Source: an uncultured Bacilli bacterium (GTDB taxonomy: Bacteria > Bacillota_I > Bacilli_A > RF39 > UBA660). Taken from it: DNA of 64,000 nucleotides. The stretch lies in the NCBI GenBank assembly GCA_947629445.1, contig CANRDU010000003.1:582-64581 (forward strand), written 5' to 3'. This document shows positions 47,735-57,070 of this stretch, piece after piece (the first letter of the stretch is position 1; each line of letters begins with the position of its first letter). The notes under the pieces were generated by a model. That model was not told the DNA's origin. It was given only the letters and a program-made list of their open reading frames with translations, and made no database searches. The position numbers were made by a program, and so were the translations under genes.

Positions 47735-48280
47735 ATGATAGAAGAGATACTAGAAAATACCGAGATGGAAATGGTAGAAGCCATCGAAAATATGGAGAAA
47801 AGATTTACGAATATTCGGGCAGGAAGAGCCAATCCTGCTATGTTAGATGGTGTTATGGTAAATTATTATGGAGCGGATACCCCGTTAAAGCAGTTAGCGA
47901 CGATTTCCATTCCAGAAGCTAGACAGTTATCTATTAAACCATTTGATAGAAGTTCTATTGGCGCTATTGAGAAGGCTATTTTTGAAGCTAATATTGGAAT
48001 TACTCCTAATAATAATGGCGAAGTTATTATCTTAAATATTCCTGCTTTAACGGAGGATACGAGAAGAGAATATGTAAAACAAGCAAAAGGATATGCAGAA
48101 GACTGCCGTATTGTCTTAAGAAATATTCGTCAAGAAGCTAATAAAGCGATTGCAAAGACAGAATCAACAGAAGATGAAAAAAAATTAGGGGAGGAAAATG
48201 TCCAAGACCTAATTAATCAATACAATAAAGAAGTAGATGAAAAATTTAAAGTAAAAGAAACGGAATTGATGAGTGTTTAA
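47735..48280 (+). CDS. frr: Ribosome recycling factor
   Basis: IRAGRANP, YYG..TPL.QLA, IPALTE; start taken as ATG 47735 after AGGAGG. Confidence 0.98.
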   Translation: MIEEILENTEMEMVEAIENMEKRFTNIRAGRANPAMLDGVMVNYYGADTPLKQLATISIPEARQLSIKPFDRSSIGAIEKAIFEANIGITPNNNGEVIILNIPALTEDTRREYVKQAKGYAEDCRIVLRNIRQEANKAIAKTESTEDEKKLGEENVQDLINQYNKEVDEKFKVKETELMSV

Positions 48281-48327
48281 CTTATCTTTTTTTGACAAAG
48301 TATGCTATAATGAAGATGGTGAATCAT

Positions 48328-49236
48328 ATGAATCTATTTTTAAAGAAATATTTTGGAATTATAGTGACTTCGATAATCCTTCTGATGTTTTTAGGATCTA
48401 CCTTTTATTCCCTTTTAAAATATGATCAAGATTATGAAGAAATTCAAAAGGAACAAATTCTAGAACAAATTCGTATTTATTGTGATCCTATTCCTTCTGA
48501 ATACGAAGAACTTTGTGCTTCCTTCGAAGAAACTTTAAAAGATGTTTCTGGTGCTCATTTTCTAGATAATTATGATGGAGGAAAACTATATCAATTATTA
48601 GCAGGAGAAGAAGGCGTGATAGATGAGGAGTATGAAACAGAACGTTTTTATGACGAGTTTAGTATTGTTCTCACACTCTTGATTGCAGTATCATCGATTT
48701 ATTTATGGCATATGAAAAAGAAAAAAGGGAGACTCAAAAATGAATTCGTTCGTATCTCTTATCAAAAATGGTTTCGAAATAATTATTTCGTAGGGGCTTT
48801 GATAGCGATAATTCCAATTCTTTTTTTGGTAATTGCTTATATTTTATGCTATGTAGTTACCAAAACACTTCCATCTTCTGAATTAGTGCCTTATGGGATT
48901 CATTTTCTGACGCTTTTCTTATTTGCTTTAGGCATCTACCATTTAGCGCTAATAGCCGATCGAAAGAGTAAAAACTTTTTTCTTACGATGATTATCTTTT
49001 TCACTTTATTGGTATTATGCTATATTGGAAATTCCCTCATCGGGCGTTTGGTTTTCCATATTGGCTGGACAAATTATCCAGAATTAGGCGATATCTTTAC
49101 TTTTAGTTATTTTCAAACGGCTGACTTCTATTTTCCTCTTTTCATGGTTATTTTCTTTTCCTTGATAACGTTTGGAATCGTTTGTTTATGTTATAAAAAT
49201 AAAGAGAGGTTGTTGATAGATAGTGAAAGAAATTAG
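48328..49236 (+). CDS. Multi-pass membrane protein, probable ABC permease
   Basis: TM, extracellular loop with Cys pair, then about 5 TM; upstream of an ABC ATPase. Confidence 0.65.
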   Translation: MNLFLKKYFGIIVTSIILLMFLGSTFYSLLKYDQDYEEIQKEQILEQIRIYCDPIPSEYEELCASFEETLKDVSGAHFLDNYDGGKLYQLLAGEEGVIDEEYETERFYDEFSIVLTLLIAVSSIYLWHMKKKKGRLKNEFVRISYQKWFRNNYFVGALIAIIPILFLVIAYILCYVVTKTLPSSELVPYGIHFLTLFLFALGIYHLALIADRKSKNFFLTMIIFFTLLVLCYIGNSLIGRLVFHIGWTNYPELGDIFTFSYFQTADFYFPLFMVIFFSLITFGIVCLCYKNKERLLIDSERN

Positions 49237-49963
49237 ACTTTATACCAAAAATGACATAGGATTTCTTTTAACATTGCTTTCTATTGTCGCTTTAGAGATT
49301 ATGAATCTTTTAGATATTGTCCATAGTATTGCTCATTTTGATTATACCAGTTATTTTTCTTCTCATTTCAATATGATTATGTTTCCCGTTTTTTTAATTA
49401 TGATTTATATGACGATTCAAGTGTGTAGATATCATGACTTAGATACGGTATGGATTTTACGGTACAAAGATCGCTCTTATTATGTGAAGAGACTTCTCAA
49501 AAAAGTTTGGATTCATAATGGCATTGTTTACTTTTTTATCATCCTGATTACTTGTCTTATTTCTTATATTACTTTTCTAGTCGCTGGGACAAATGCCTCT
49601 ATTTGGGAAAAAACTTATTTAGAAGGATTAGGAGTTCCATATTGTATATTTGAAACGATAAAATATTATTTTTTAGTGCAATTACTCCTTAGTATGTTTG
49701 TTATTTTCTTAAAATACTTGCCGAAGATACTTTCTTATTTCTCACTACTTCTCATTTTATTCTTTAGTTTTACGCCAATTGAAAATGTACCGATTCATGG
49801 CATGAAAGATATGATTTTAACTCCTAATGGATATATTTATAGTCAACGTTTTCAAAGTTTCTTTTTACAAATAGGAATAAGCAGTTTCTACTTGGTTCTT
49901 TTAAGTGTTATCGTTATCGTATTCTATAAACTTTTACATCACCGCAAGTTTGATATTGGATAG
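49223..49963 (+). CDS. Multi-pass membrane protein, probable ABC permease
   Basis: About 6 TM; overlaps the previous gene. Confidence 0.65.
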   Translation: MKEIRLYTKNDIGFLLTLLSIVALEIMNLLDIVHSIAHFDYTSYFSSHFNMIMFPVFLIMIYMTIQVCRYHDLDTVWILRYKDRSYYVKRLLKKVWIHNGIVYFFIILITCLISYITFLVAGTNASIWEKTYLEGLGVPYCIFETIKYYFLVQLLLSMFVIFLKYLPKILSYFSLLLILFFSFTPIENVPIHGMKDMILTPNGYIYSQRFQSFFLQIGISSFYLVLLSVIVIVFYKLLHHRKFDIG

Positions 49964-49971
49964 GAGGATTT

Positions 49972-50607
49972 ATGAAAATTGAAGTGAAAAAGGTATCGAA
50001 AAAGTTTCAAAAAAATGAAGTGTTAAAAGAGACTAATATGGTTTTTGAAAGTGGAAAAATATATAGTTTAATTGGTCGAAATGGTAGTGGCAAAACGGTT
50101 CTTTTAAAAATTTTATGTGGTCTTTATTATCCTACGAGTGGAGAGGTTTTATTTGATGGCATCGATTATTTAAAAAGGAATAGTTTTCCCAAAAATCTAG
50201 GAGCTTTAATTGAAAATCCTGCTTTTATCGATTCTATGACTGGTTTAGAAAATTTAGAAATGCTTGCGAAAATTAATAAAAAGATTGATAGAGAGAAAAT
50301 TATAGAGACATTAAAATTAGTAGGACTTTATGAAGAGCGTAATAAGCTTTATTATAAATATTCTTTGGGAACGAAACAAAAACTAGGATTAGCCCAAGCA
50401 TTTATGGAAGATCCAGACATTCTTATCTTAGATGAACCCTTTAATGGGATTGAAGAGGAGACTGTAGAACGATTAAGAAATTACTTGCTAAAACTGAAAG
50501 AAGAAGGAAAGTTGATTATTTTATCAACGCATATCAAAGAAGATATTGAAAAAGTAACAGATGTTATTTATCGGGTCGATAACGGAGTGATTAGGGAGGT
50601 ACACTAA
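49972..50607 (+). CDS. ABC transporter ATP-binding protein
   Basis: GRNGSGKT, YSLGTKQKL, LILDEPFNG. Confidence 0.93.
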   Translation: MKIEVKKVSKKFQKNEVLKETNMVFESGKIYSLIGRNGSGKTVLLKILCGLYYPTSGEVLFDGIDYLKRNSFPKNLGALIENPAFIDSMTGLENLEMLAKINKKIDREKIIETLKLVGLYEERNKLYYKYSLGTKQKLGLAQAFMEDPDILILDEPFNGIEEETVERLRNYLLKLKEEGKLIILSTHIKEDIEKVTDVIYRVDNGVIREVH

Positions 50608-50701
50608 TCACTCTTTTTTAGTTTACTTTCTTTTGATGAATTCCGATAAAATCCGTTTTTTTATTTGCACTCATTCACTATATTTGATATAATGTTGAAA
50701 G

Positions 50702-51859
50702 GTGAGAAAAGTGTTTAGAGATGATAAAAAGCAATTAGACCATCAATCCCTCAATGAGGTTATCGGTCTTTCTAAAAATATTTTAAGAGTTTTATTTGTT
50801 TTACTAATTATTTTAATATCTTGGGTGGGAATTGTCATTTTACGAGAATTAAAAATTCCTACTATTCTTCGAACGGTTTTGGAAATATTAAGTCCTCTAT
50901 TTATCGGGATGATTGTTGCTTGGCTTTTAAATCCTTTTGTAAAATGGTTAAAGAAGAAAAAAGTGAAAAGATTATTTGGTGTTATTATTTCTTATATATT
51001 GTTAATTGGGGGATTAACGCTTTTTTTAGGAACATTGATTCCAATACTCTATGAACAAATTATTGATTTCGTAGGAACACTACCAGGTCTATTTAGTGGT
51101 ATTGAGAAATGGTTAGATCAGTTTTTATCTAAGTTTAATACCATTGAGGCTTTTGATATTAATAGTGCGAAAGAAAATTTGTTTTTGCAATTAGAGGCAT
51201 TTGGACAGAACCTTTATCAATCTCTTCCTGATTATATTGTTAGTGTAGGAAGTTCATTGGTATCTGGCTTTAGTACTTTCTTAGTAGGGTTAGTAATTGG
51301 CTTCTTTCTATTACTCAGTTTTGATGATGTGGAAGAGACATTTATCTATTTATTTCCTAAAAAATTTAGAAAAGATGCGGATGAATTATTTGGTCAAATT
51401 AACAGTTCTCTTAAAAACTATGTTTTGGGAGTATTGTTAGATGCTTTTGTAATCTTTATTATTTGTAGTATTACTTTTTCACTCGTTGGATTACGAGCTC
51501 CACTTTTATTTGCTATTTTCTGTGCGATTACGAATGTTATTCCTTATGTTGGACCTTATATTGGCGCAGTACCAGCCGTTATTGTTGGTTTTTCCATGAA
51601 TCCGACGATTGGACTTTTGACCGTTGGTTCTATTGTGATTATTCAGTTTATTGAAGGAAATTTCTTACAAGAATATATCTTGAGTAAGACAACGAAATTA
51701 CATCCAGTAACGATTATTATTGGACTTTTGATTTTCCAACATTTCTGGGGAATTATTGGTATGGTTATTTCAACACCAGTAATTGCGATTGGAAAAATTA
51801 TTTTCCAATTCTTCAGTAAAAAATGGAAATGGTTAGATTATATGGATGAGGTGGATTAA
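50702..51859 (+). CDS. AI-2E family transporter
   Basis: AWLLNPFV, NVIPYVGP, QFIEGN, LHPVTII. Confidence 0.92.
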   Translation: MRKVFRDDKKQLDHQSLNEVIGLSKNILRVLFVLLIILISWVGIVILRELKIPTILRTVLEILSPLFIGMIVAWLLNPFVKWLKKKKVKRLFGVIISYILLIGGLTLFLGTLIPILYEQIIDFVGTLPGLFSGIEKWLDQFLSKFNTIEAFDINSAKENLFLQLEAFGQNLYQSLPDYIVSVGSSLVSGFSTFLVGLVIGFFLLLSFDDVEETFIYLFPKKFRKDADELFGQINSSLKNYVLGVLLDAFVIFIICSITFSLVGLRAPLLFAIFCAITNVIPYVGPYIGAVPAVIVGFSMNPTIGLLTVGSIVIIQFIEGNFLQEYILSKTTKLHPVTIIIGLLIFQHFWGIIGMVISTPVIAIGKIIFQFFSKKWKWLDYMDEVD

Positions 51860-52512
51860 TGAATAAAATAGTAGCGATTGATGGACCAGCCGGTAGTGGG
51901 AAAGGAACAGTAACTCCTATTATTGCGAAAAGGTGTCACTTGGTAAATATTGATACGGGGGCGACTTACCGCTGTGTTGCTTTAGCTGCCTTAAGAAATC
52001 ATTTAACGGTAGAAGATGAAGAGGAGATTATAGAATTATCTTCTAAAATTACCATTGCGTTTGATGAAGAAGGAAAAGTATATCTAAATGGGGAAGATGT
52101 ATCTTCCGAAATTCGTGGTAAAGAAGTAACCCAAATTGTTTCTCCTATTTCGAGTATTGTAGCGGTACGTAAAAATATGGTGGATTTGCAAAGAAAAATG
52201 GCAGAGGGAAAAGACGTCATTATGGAAGGTAGAGATATTACAACCGTCGTTTTTCCAAATGCTCCTTATAAATTTTATTTAGATGCTTCCTTAGAAGAGA
52301 GAGCAAGAAGACGCTATAAGCAAAATCAGGAAAAAGGTATTGATATGTCCTATGAAGAGGTATTAGAGAATATTCAGAAGCGAGATTATAACGACATGCA
52401 TAAAGAAGTTGGGTCTCTCAAGCGGACAGAAGATGCTATTTATATAGATACTACTCATATGACGATTGAAGAAGTAGTAGAGAAAATGATGAAAATTATT
52501 GAAGGTGATTAG
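51859..52512 (+). CDS. cmk: Cytidylate kinase
   Basis: AIDGPAGSGKGT, DTGATYR, MEGRDI. Confidence 0.97.
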   Translation: MNKIVAIDGPAGSGKGTVTPIIAKRCHLVNIDTGATYRCVALAALRNHLTVEDEEEIIELSSKITIAFDEEGKVYLNGEDVSSEIRGKEVTQIVSPISSIVAVRKNMVDLQRKMAEGKDVIMEGRDITTVVFPNAPYKFYLDASLEERARRRYKQNQEKGIDMSYEEVLENIQKRDYNDMHKEVGSLKRTEDAIYIDTTHMTIEEVVEKMMKIIEGD

Positions 52513-52513
52513 A

Positions 52514-54259
52514 ATGAACCTAAAAGACTTATATATTGATTTTTTTATTAGACATGGACATAAACAAATTCCTAGTGCCCCAGTAGTACCGGAAAATGAT
52601 CCTAGTGTTTTATTTAATACAGCAGGTATGCAACCATTAATTCCTTATTTAATGGGGCAACCGCATCCTTACGGAACGAGACTTTGTGATTATCAAAAAT
52701 GTGTCCGCACCAATGATTTGGATTCGGTAGGGGATGTTACTCATCATACTTTCTTTGAGATGCTAGGTAATTGGAGTTTAGGAGATTATTTTAAACAGGA
52801 AAGTATTTCATGGAGTTTTGAGTTTTTAACAGTAGATTTAAAGATTCCAAAGGAACGTTTAGCGGTTACTGTTTTTGCTGGTAATGATACTATTCCTTTT
52901 GATCAAGAATCTTACGATAAATGGTTAAGTTTAGGAATTCCAAGTTCTCGCATTGCGAAAACGGTAGAAGATAATTTTTGGATTGCTGGAGAGTCTGGTC
53001 CATGTGGTCCAGATACAGAGATATTCTATTTCCGTAGTGAAGAGGATATTCCAGATACTTTTGATCCAGAAGATAGTCGTTGGGTAGAGATTTGGAATAA
53101 TGTATTTATGCAATATCATAAGGATGCAAATGGTGTGGTAACAGAGCTTCCTAAGAAAAATGTAGATACTGGAATGGGCGTAGAGAGAACGACCGCTATT
53201 TTAGAAGGTGTGAACGATAATTATCTATCTAGTATCTGGAAAGATGTTATTGAACGGATTCGTTCTATTTCTGGACTTCCTTATGAAGGGGAAAATAAAA
53301 AAAGTATGCGTATTATTGCGGATCATATGCGTACGGCTGTTTTTATTAGTGCTGATCCTGCAGGAATTAAACCAAGTAATACTGATCAAGGATATATTTT
53401 GAGAAGATTAATCCGTAGAGCTATTCGTCATGCCAAAAAATTAAATATCGATATGAATAGCGATTGGGAACAACAGTTAGCTATGATAATCTTGGATAAG
53501 TATAAAGATTATTACAAAGAATTAGAAGATAATTATCAGTTAGTTTTAGATGTTTTAAAGAACGAAAAAGAAAAATTTAATAAGACTCTTGAAAAGGGCT
53601 TAAGAGAATTTGAAAAAGCAACTAGAAATACGGATAAAGTAGATGATGTTACGGCCTTTCATTTATATGATACTTATGGCTTTCCAATTGAGCTTACCAT
53701 GGAACTTGCCAGTGAACGAGGAATCGAAGTAGATGAGGCTGGATTCGAAAGAAAATTTAAAGAACATCAAGAATTGTCTCGAACGGCTTCCGCAGGTAAA
53801 TTTAAAGGAGGCCTTGCTGGAAATGGGGAAATTGAAACCCGTTATCATACTGCTACTCACTTATTAAATGCTGCTTTAAAAATAGTAGTAGGACCAGATG
53901 TTCATCAAAAAGGAAGTAATATTACATCTGAAAGAATGAGATTTGATTTTAGTTGTGATCATAAATTATCAGAGGAAGAAAAAAGCAAAGCAGAATCTCT
54001 AGTAAATGAATGGATTCAAGAAGGATTAGAGGTAACGGTTACCGAAATGAATAAAGAAGATGCCATTAAAAGTGGTGCTGAATGTATGTTTATTGAAAAA
54101 TATCCAGATGTGGTAACAGTCTATACAATCGGTAATGTATCCAAAGAGTTATGTGGTGGTCCTCATGTAAAAAACACAAAGGAACTAGGGACATTCCATA
54201 TTAAAAAAGAAGAGGCAAGTAGTGCGGGAGTAAGACGTATTAAAGCCGTCTTAGAGTAG
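52514..54259 (+). CDS. alaS: Alanine--tRNA ligase (short form lacking C-Ala)
   Basis: FNTAGMQP, HHTFFEMLGNWS, DTGMGVER, HTATHLL, ELCGGPH; ends at AGVRRIKA. Confidence 0.96.
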   Translation: MNLKDLYIDFFIRHGHKQIPSAPVVPENDPSVLFNTAGMQPLIPYLMGQPHPYGTRLCDYQKCVRTNDLDSVGDVTHHTFFEMLGNWSLGDYFKQESISWSFEFLTVDLKIPKERLAVTVFAGNDTIPFDQESYDKWLSLGIPSSRIAKTVEDNFWIAGESGPCGPDTEIFYFRSEEDIPDTFDPEDSRWVEIWNNVFMQYHKDANGVVTELPKKNVDTGMGVERTTAILEGVNDNYLSSIWKDVIERIRSISGLPYEGENKKSMRIIADHMRTAVFISADPAGIKPSNTDQGYILRRLIRRAIRHAKKLNIDMNSDWEQQLAMIILDKYKDYYKELEDNYQLVLDVLKNEKEKFNKTLEKGLREFEKATRNTDKVDDVTAFHLYDTYGFPIELTMELASERGIEVDEAGFERKFKEHQELSRTASAGKFKGGLAGNGEIETRYHTATHLLNAALKIVVGPDVHQKGSNITSERMRFDFSCDHKLSEEEKSKAESLVNEWIQEGLEVTVTEMNKEDAIKSGAECMFIEKYPDVVTVYTIGNVSKELCGGPHVKNTKELGTFHIKKEEASSAGVRRIKAVLE

Positions 54260-54267
54260 GAGGAAGT

Positions 54268-55035
54268 ATGAAAAAAGGAAGAACTGGAAAAATGTCTTTG
54301 TTAGCAGTGGCATTTTTAGTTGCTCTTATTGGGATTTCTTTTACTTTAGAAAAAGATCAAAAAAATAAGAAAGATAATAGTAATACCAATAGCAATCAAA
54401 ATCCTGAAGAAGTAACAGATGCGATAAGATTTAAAAATGAATATGAAGAATTAAATGGTCAAAAGGCAAATGGGGATAAAACTTTCTTAGAAATTTCTAT
54501 TCCAGAAGATAATCCTATGAAATATGCTGAGTTAGAAGAAATCATGACGCTACTAAAAAGTGGCACAGGTGTCATTTATTTTGGACGTCCAAATTGTCCT
54601 TGGTGTCGGAATGCGGTTCCTGTTTTAATAGAGGCAGCGAAGGAATTAGAGATTAGTGATATTTATTATTACAATGTCAATGCTATTAAAAACGAGTGGG
54701 CTGTTAAAGATGGCGAGGTTGTGAAGACATCTCCTGAAAAAGAAGGATATTATGATTTGTTAAAGATTCTCGATAAGGAATTAGATGAATATACGGTTAC
54801 GGATGAAAATGGTAAAGCATACGAAGTAGGCGAAAAAAGAATTTATGTTCCAATGGTTGTCGTTGTAAAAGATGGAACGATTATGGCTAGTCATGTAAGT
54901 ACAGTCGATTTACTAGATGGACAAACTTCTTATGATCGATTAAATGATAGTCAACGAGAGGAACTATTAAATCTCTATGTAGAAGATTTAGCAGAATCTA
55001 TCGATCCAGGATACTGTGATGAGGCATGTGAATAA
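54268..55035 (+). CDS. Membrane-anchored thioredoxin-fold protein
   Basis: N-terminal TM, YFGRPNCPWC, YVP cis-Pro loop, C-terminal CDEAC. Confidence 0.8.
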   Translation: MKKGRTGKMSLLAVAFLVALIGISFTLEKDQKNKKDNSNTNSNQNPEEVTDAIRFKNEYEELNGQKANGDKTFLEISIPEDNPMKYAELEEIMTLLKSGTGVIYFGRPNCPWCRNAVPVLIEAAKELEISDIYYYNVNAIKNEWAVKDGEVVKTSPEKEGYYDLLKILDKELDEYTVTDENGKAYEVGEKRIYVPMVVVVKDGTIMASHVSTVDLLDGQTSYDRLNDSQREELLNLYVEDLAESIDPGYCDEACE

Positions 55036-55655
55036 TGAATTTTCAAGTTCGTTGTGAAGAAATATTAAATCAAATAAAAGAAAGAAGAGATACACCATCT
55101 CTTCTTCTTCATGCTTGTTGTGCACCGTGTAGTAGTTATGTTTTAGAATATTTAAGCAAGTATTTTAATATTACTATTCTCTATTATAATCCAAATATTT
55201 ATCCAGAATTAGAGTATCAGCGTAGATTGCAAGAATTAAAAGATTATTTAAAAAAGATATCTTTTTTGCATTCTGTTACATTAGTGGAAGATTCCTATAA
55301 TCCTGATGAATATTATCAGGTAGTAAAAGGAAAAGAGGAATTAGGAGAACGAAGCGAGAGGTGTTATTCTTGTTATCAACTTCGGATGTCTCGTGCTTGC
55401 AAGTATGCTAAGAGTCACCATATGGATTATTTTACGACTACATTATCGATTAGTCCCTACAAGAAAAGCGATTGGATTAATGAAATAGGAAAATCCCTAC
55501 AAGACCAATATGGGATTTCTTATTTGTATGCTGATTTTAAAAAGAAAAACGGTTATAAAAGATCGATTGAATTATCCAAAGAATATGGACTTTATCGTCA
55601 AGATTATTGTGGGTGTGTCTATTCTAAAATAGAGCGTGAAAAAAAAGAGCAATAA
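55035..55655 (+). CDS. queH: Epoxyqueuosine reductase QueH (DUF208)
   Basis: LLHACCAPCS, YNPNIYP, RC..CY..R, TTLSISP, YRQDYCGCVYS. Confidence 0.95.
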   Translation: MNFQVRCEEILNQIKERRDTPSLLLHACCAPCSSYVLEYLSKYFNITILYYNPNIYPELEYQRRLQELKDYLKKISFLHSVTLVEDSYNPDEYYQVVKGKEELGERSERCYSCYQLRMSRACKYAKSHHMDYFTTTLSISPYKKSDWINEIGKSLQDQYGISYLYADFKKKNGYKRSIELSKEYGLYRQDYCGCVYSKIEREKKEQ

Positions 55656-55663
55656 CTCTTTTT

Positions 55664-56215
55664 TTATAAATCCTTACATTGTGCGCCTTTTTCTAAATAC
55701 ATGGATTTAATGTTAGATAAAGTAAACCGATAGTCATCTGTTAAGTATGACTTTAATGTCTCAGCATTATCTCCTTGAGATAGTTCTTCCAGATTAAATT
55801 TTGTATAATCAATCGTAGTATCGACAGTTAGGATATTACCATCAACCGAAACCTTATAGTCATATCCACCATCTGGTCCGTATTCTTTGGTTGCACTAGA
55901 GTCTCTTTCCACACTTTGTTGAAAATCGATAATAGTAGGACGATTATTAGATTTTAATAGTTGTCTACTTACTAATTTGGTTACATAGCCATCTTTATCT
56001 GCATAAATAATAAATTTAGCACCCATGACATATCCTTCTGTTTCTGCATAATCATAATCAACGGTACATACAGAACTAGCATTCTTTTGATCTAACTCTA
56101 TTTGACTGGATAAATCGGCAACGAGTTCTTCTTTTTTGTTATTGTTATTTTCCCCACATCCGGATAGGGTAACCATAACTCCTAGCGCTACTAACCATAA
56201 ACTTATTTTTTTCAT
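55664..56215 (-). CDS. DUF1307/YehR-like lipoprotein
   Basis: Lipobox LSGC; YDYKVSVDGN.L...TTIDY and GAQC, paralogous to 39932-40426. Confidence 0.7.
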   Translation of the reverse strand: MKKISLWLVALGVMVTLSGCGENNNNKKEELVADLSSQIELDQKNASSVCTVDYDYAETEGYVMGAKFIIYADKDGYVTKLVSRQLLKSNNRPTIIDFQQSVERDSSATKEYGPDGGYDYKVSVDGNILTVDTTIDYTKFNLEELSQGDNAETLKSYLTDDYRFTLSNIKSMYLEKGAQCKDL

Positions 56216-56317
56216 ATTATCACCATAGTCATTATAACATAAAAAAACTTTACGGAAAAGAATTTTCCTATAATTGCTTAATTTTCTTTTTCTTGTTATA
56301 ATGAGTTAGGAGGAAGT

Positions 56318-56842
56318 ATGAAAATATTAATCGCAACCGAAAATATTGTAAAAGTAGAAGCTTGTCAAGCTGCTTTTGAAACTTATTTTGAAAATGTGAA
56401 AGTAGAGGCTGTCCATGTACCATCAGAAGTAGGCGAAATGCCTCTCAATGATGAAATCGGAGAAGGCACTAAAAATCGTATTAAAAATTTAAAAAAATAT
56501 GCACAAGAAAATCATTTACAAGTGGATTACTATGTCGCTGTTGAATCTGGCATCAATAATTATTTTAAATCATGGATGATTACTAGTGTTGCAGGAATAG
56601 AAAATGATTCTGGTCTTGCAAGTTATTCTACCTCCCCAAGTTATCCTATCCCAGGAGAATATGTAGAGGAAATCATTCGAGATGGCTTAGGAGTTGTAAT
56701 GGACCGTATTTTTGCAGATGATGATTCAGGACACCATAAAGGAGGAATTGGCTTTTTAACACATGGTAAAATCACTAGACGCTCTTTAATCCAAGAATCT
56801 TTTATGATGGCACTCATTCGAGTAATTAATGATAATTGGTAA
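56318..56842 (+). CDS. Inosine/xanthosine triphosphatase (YjjX/DUF84)
   Basis: ATEN.VK, VPSEVGEMP, AVESG, GGIGFLTHGKITR. Confidence 0.88.
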   Translation: MKILIATENIVKVEACQAAFETYFENVKVEAVHVPSEVGEMPLNDEIGEGTKNRIKNLKKYAQENHLQVDYYVAVESGINNYFKSWMITSVAGIENDSGLASYSTSPSYPIPGEYVEEIIRDGLGVVMDRIFADDDSGHHKGGIGFLTHGKITRRSLIQESFMMALIRVINDNW

Positions 56843-56848
56843 AAAAAT

Positions 56849-56891
56849 TTAACAAAATTTTCACATGATTAACACAAATAAAGGTTATAAT
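56849..56891 (+). promoter_or_regulatory. Promoter with three 11-bp-period direct repeats (OmpR/PhoB-type boxes)
   Basis: TTAACA (56849), TTCACA (56860), AACACA (56871), then TATAAT at 56886. Confidence 0.6.
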
Positions 56892-56896
56892 GAATT

Positions 56897-57022
56897 TGTC
56901 AGCTGGAAAACATAAGTGTGAAATACTCCTCTCACTTATTACTTTTCTACTACAAACCTTATTAACAAAAATTTTGTTAATAGCATCCAGCTAACGAAAA
57001 AAGAATAGAAATATTCTTTTTT
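56897..57022 (+). ncRNA. Candidate small regulatory RNA
   Basis: Own promoter and terminator; closing stem GTCAGCTGGA/TCCAGCTAAC, two internal hairpins, anti-SD loop; no RBS-linked ORF. Confidence 0.6.
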
Positions 57023-57024
57023 TT
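56997..57024 (+). terminator. Intrinsic terminator of the candidate sRNA
   Basis: AAAAAAGAATA-GAAA-TATTCTTTTTT. Confidence 0.75.
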
Positions 57025-57070
57025 CACGAAATAACCACATTTATTGTATAATATGAGAATGAGGTGTCTT

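Noticed and set aside
47545-47922. 125-aa alternate-frame ORF across proS/frr
   Set aside because: Fully overlaps two well-supported genes; no RBS or motif
48328-50607. ABC triad as a bacteriocin locus
   Set aside because: No bacteriocin precursor or modification gene visible nearby; called a generic exporter
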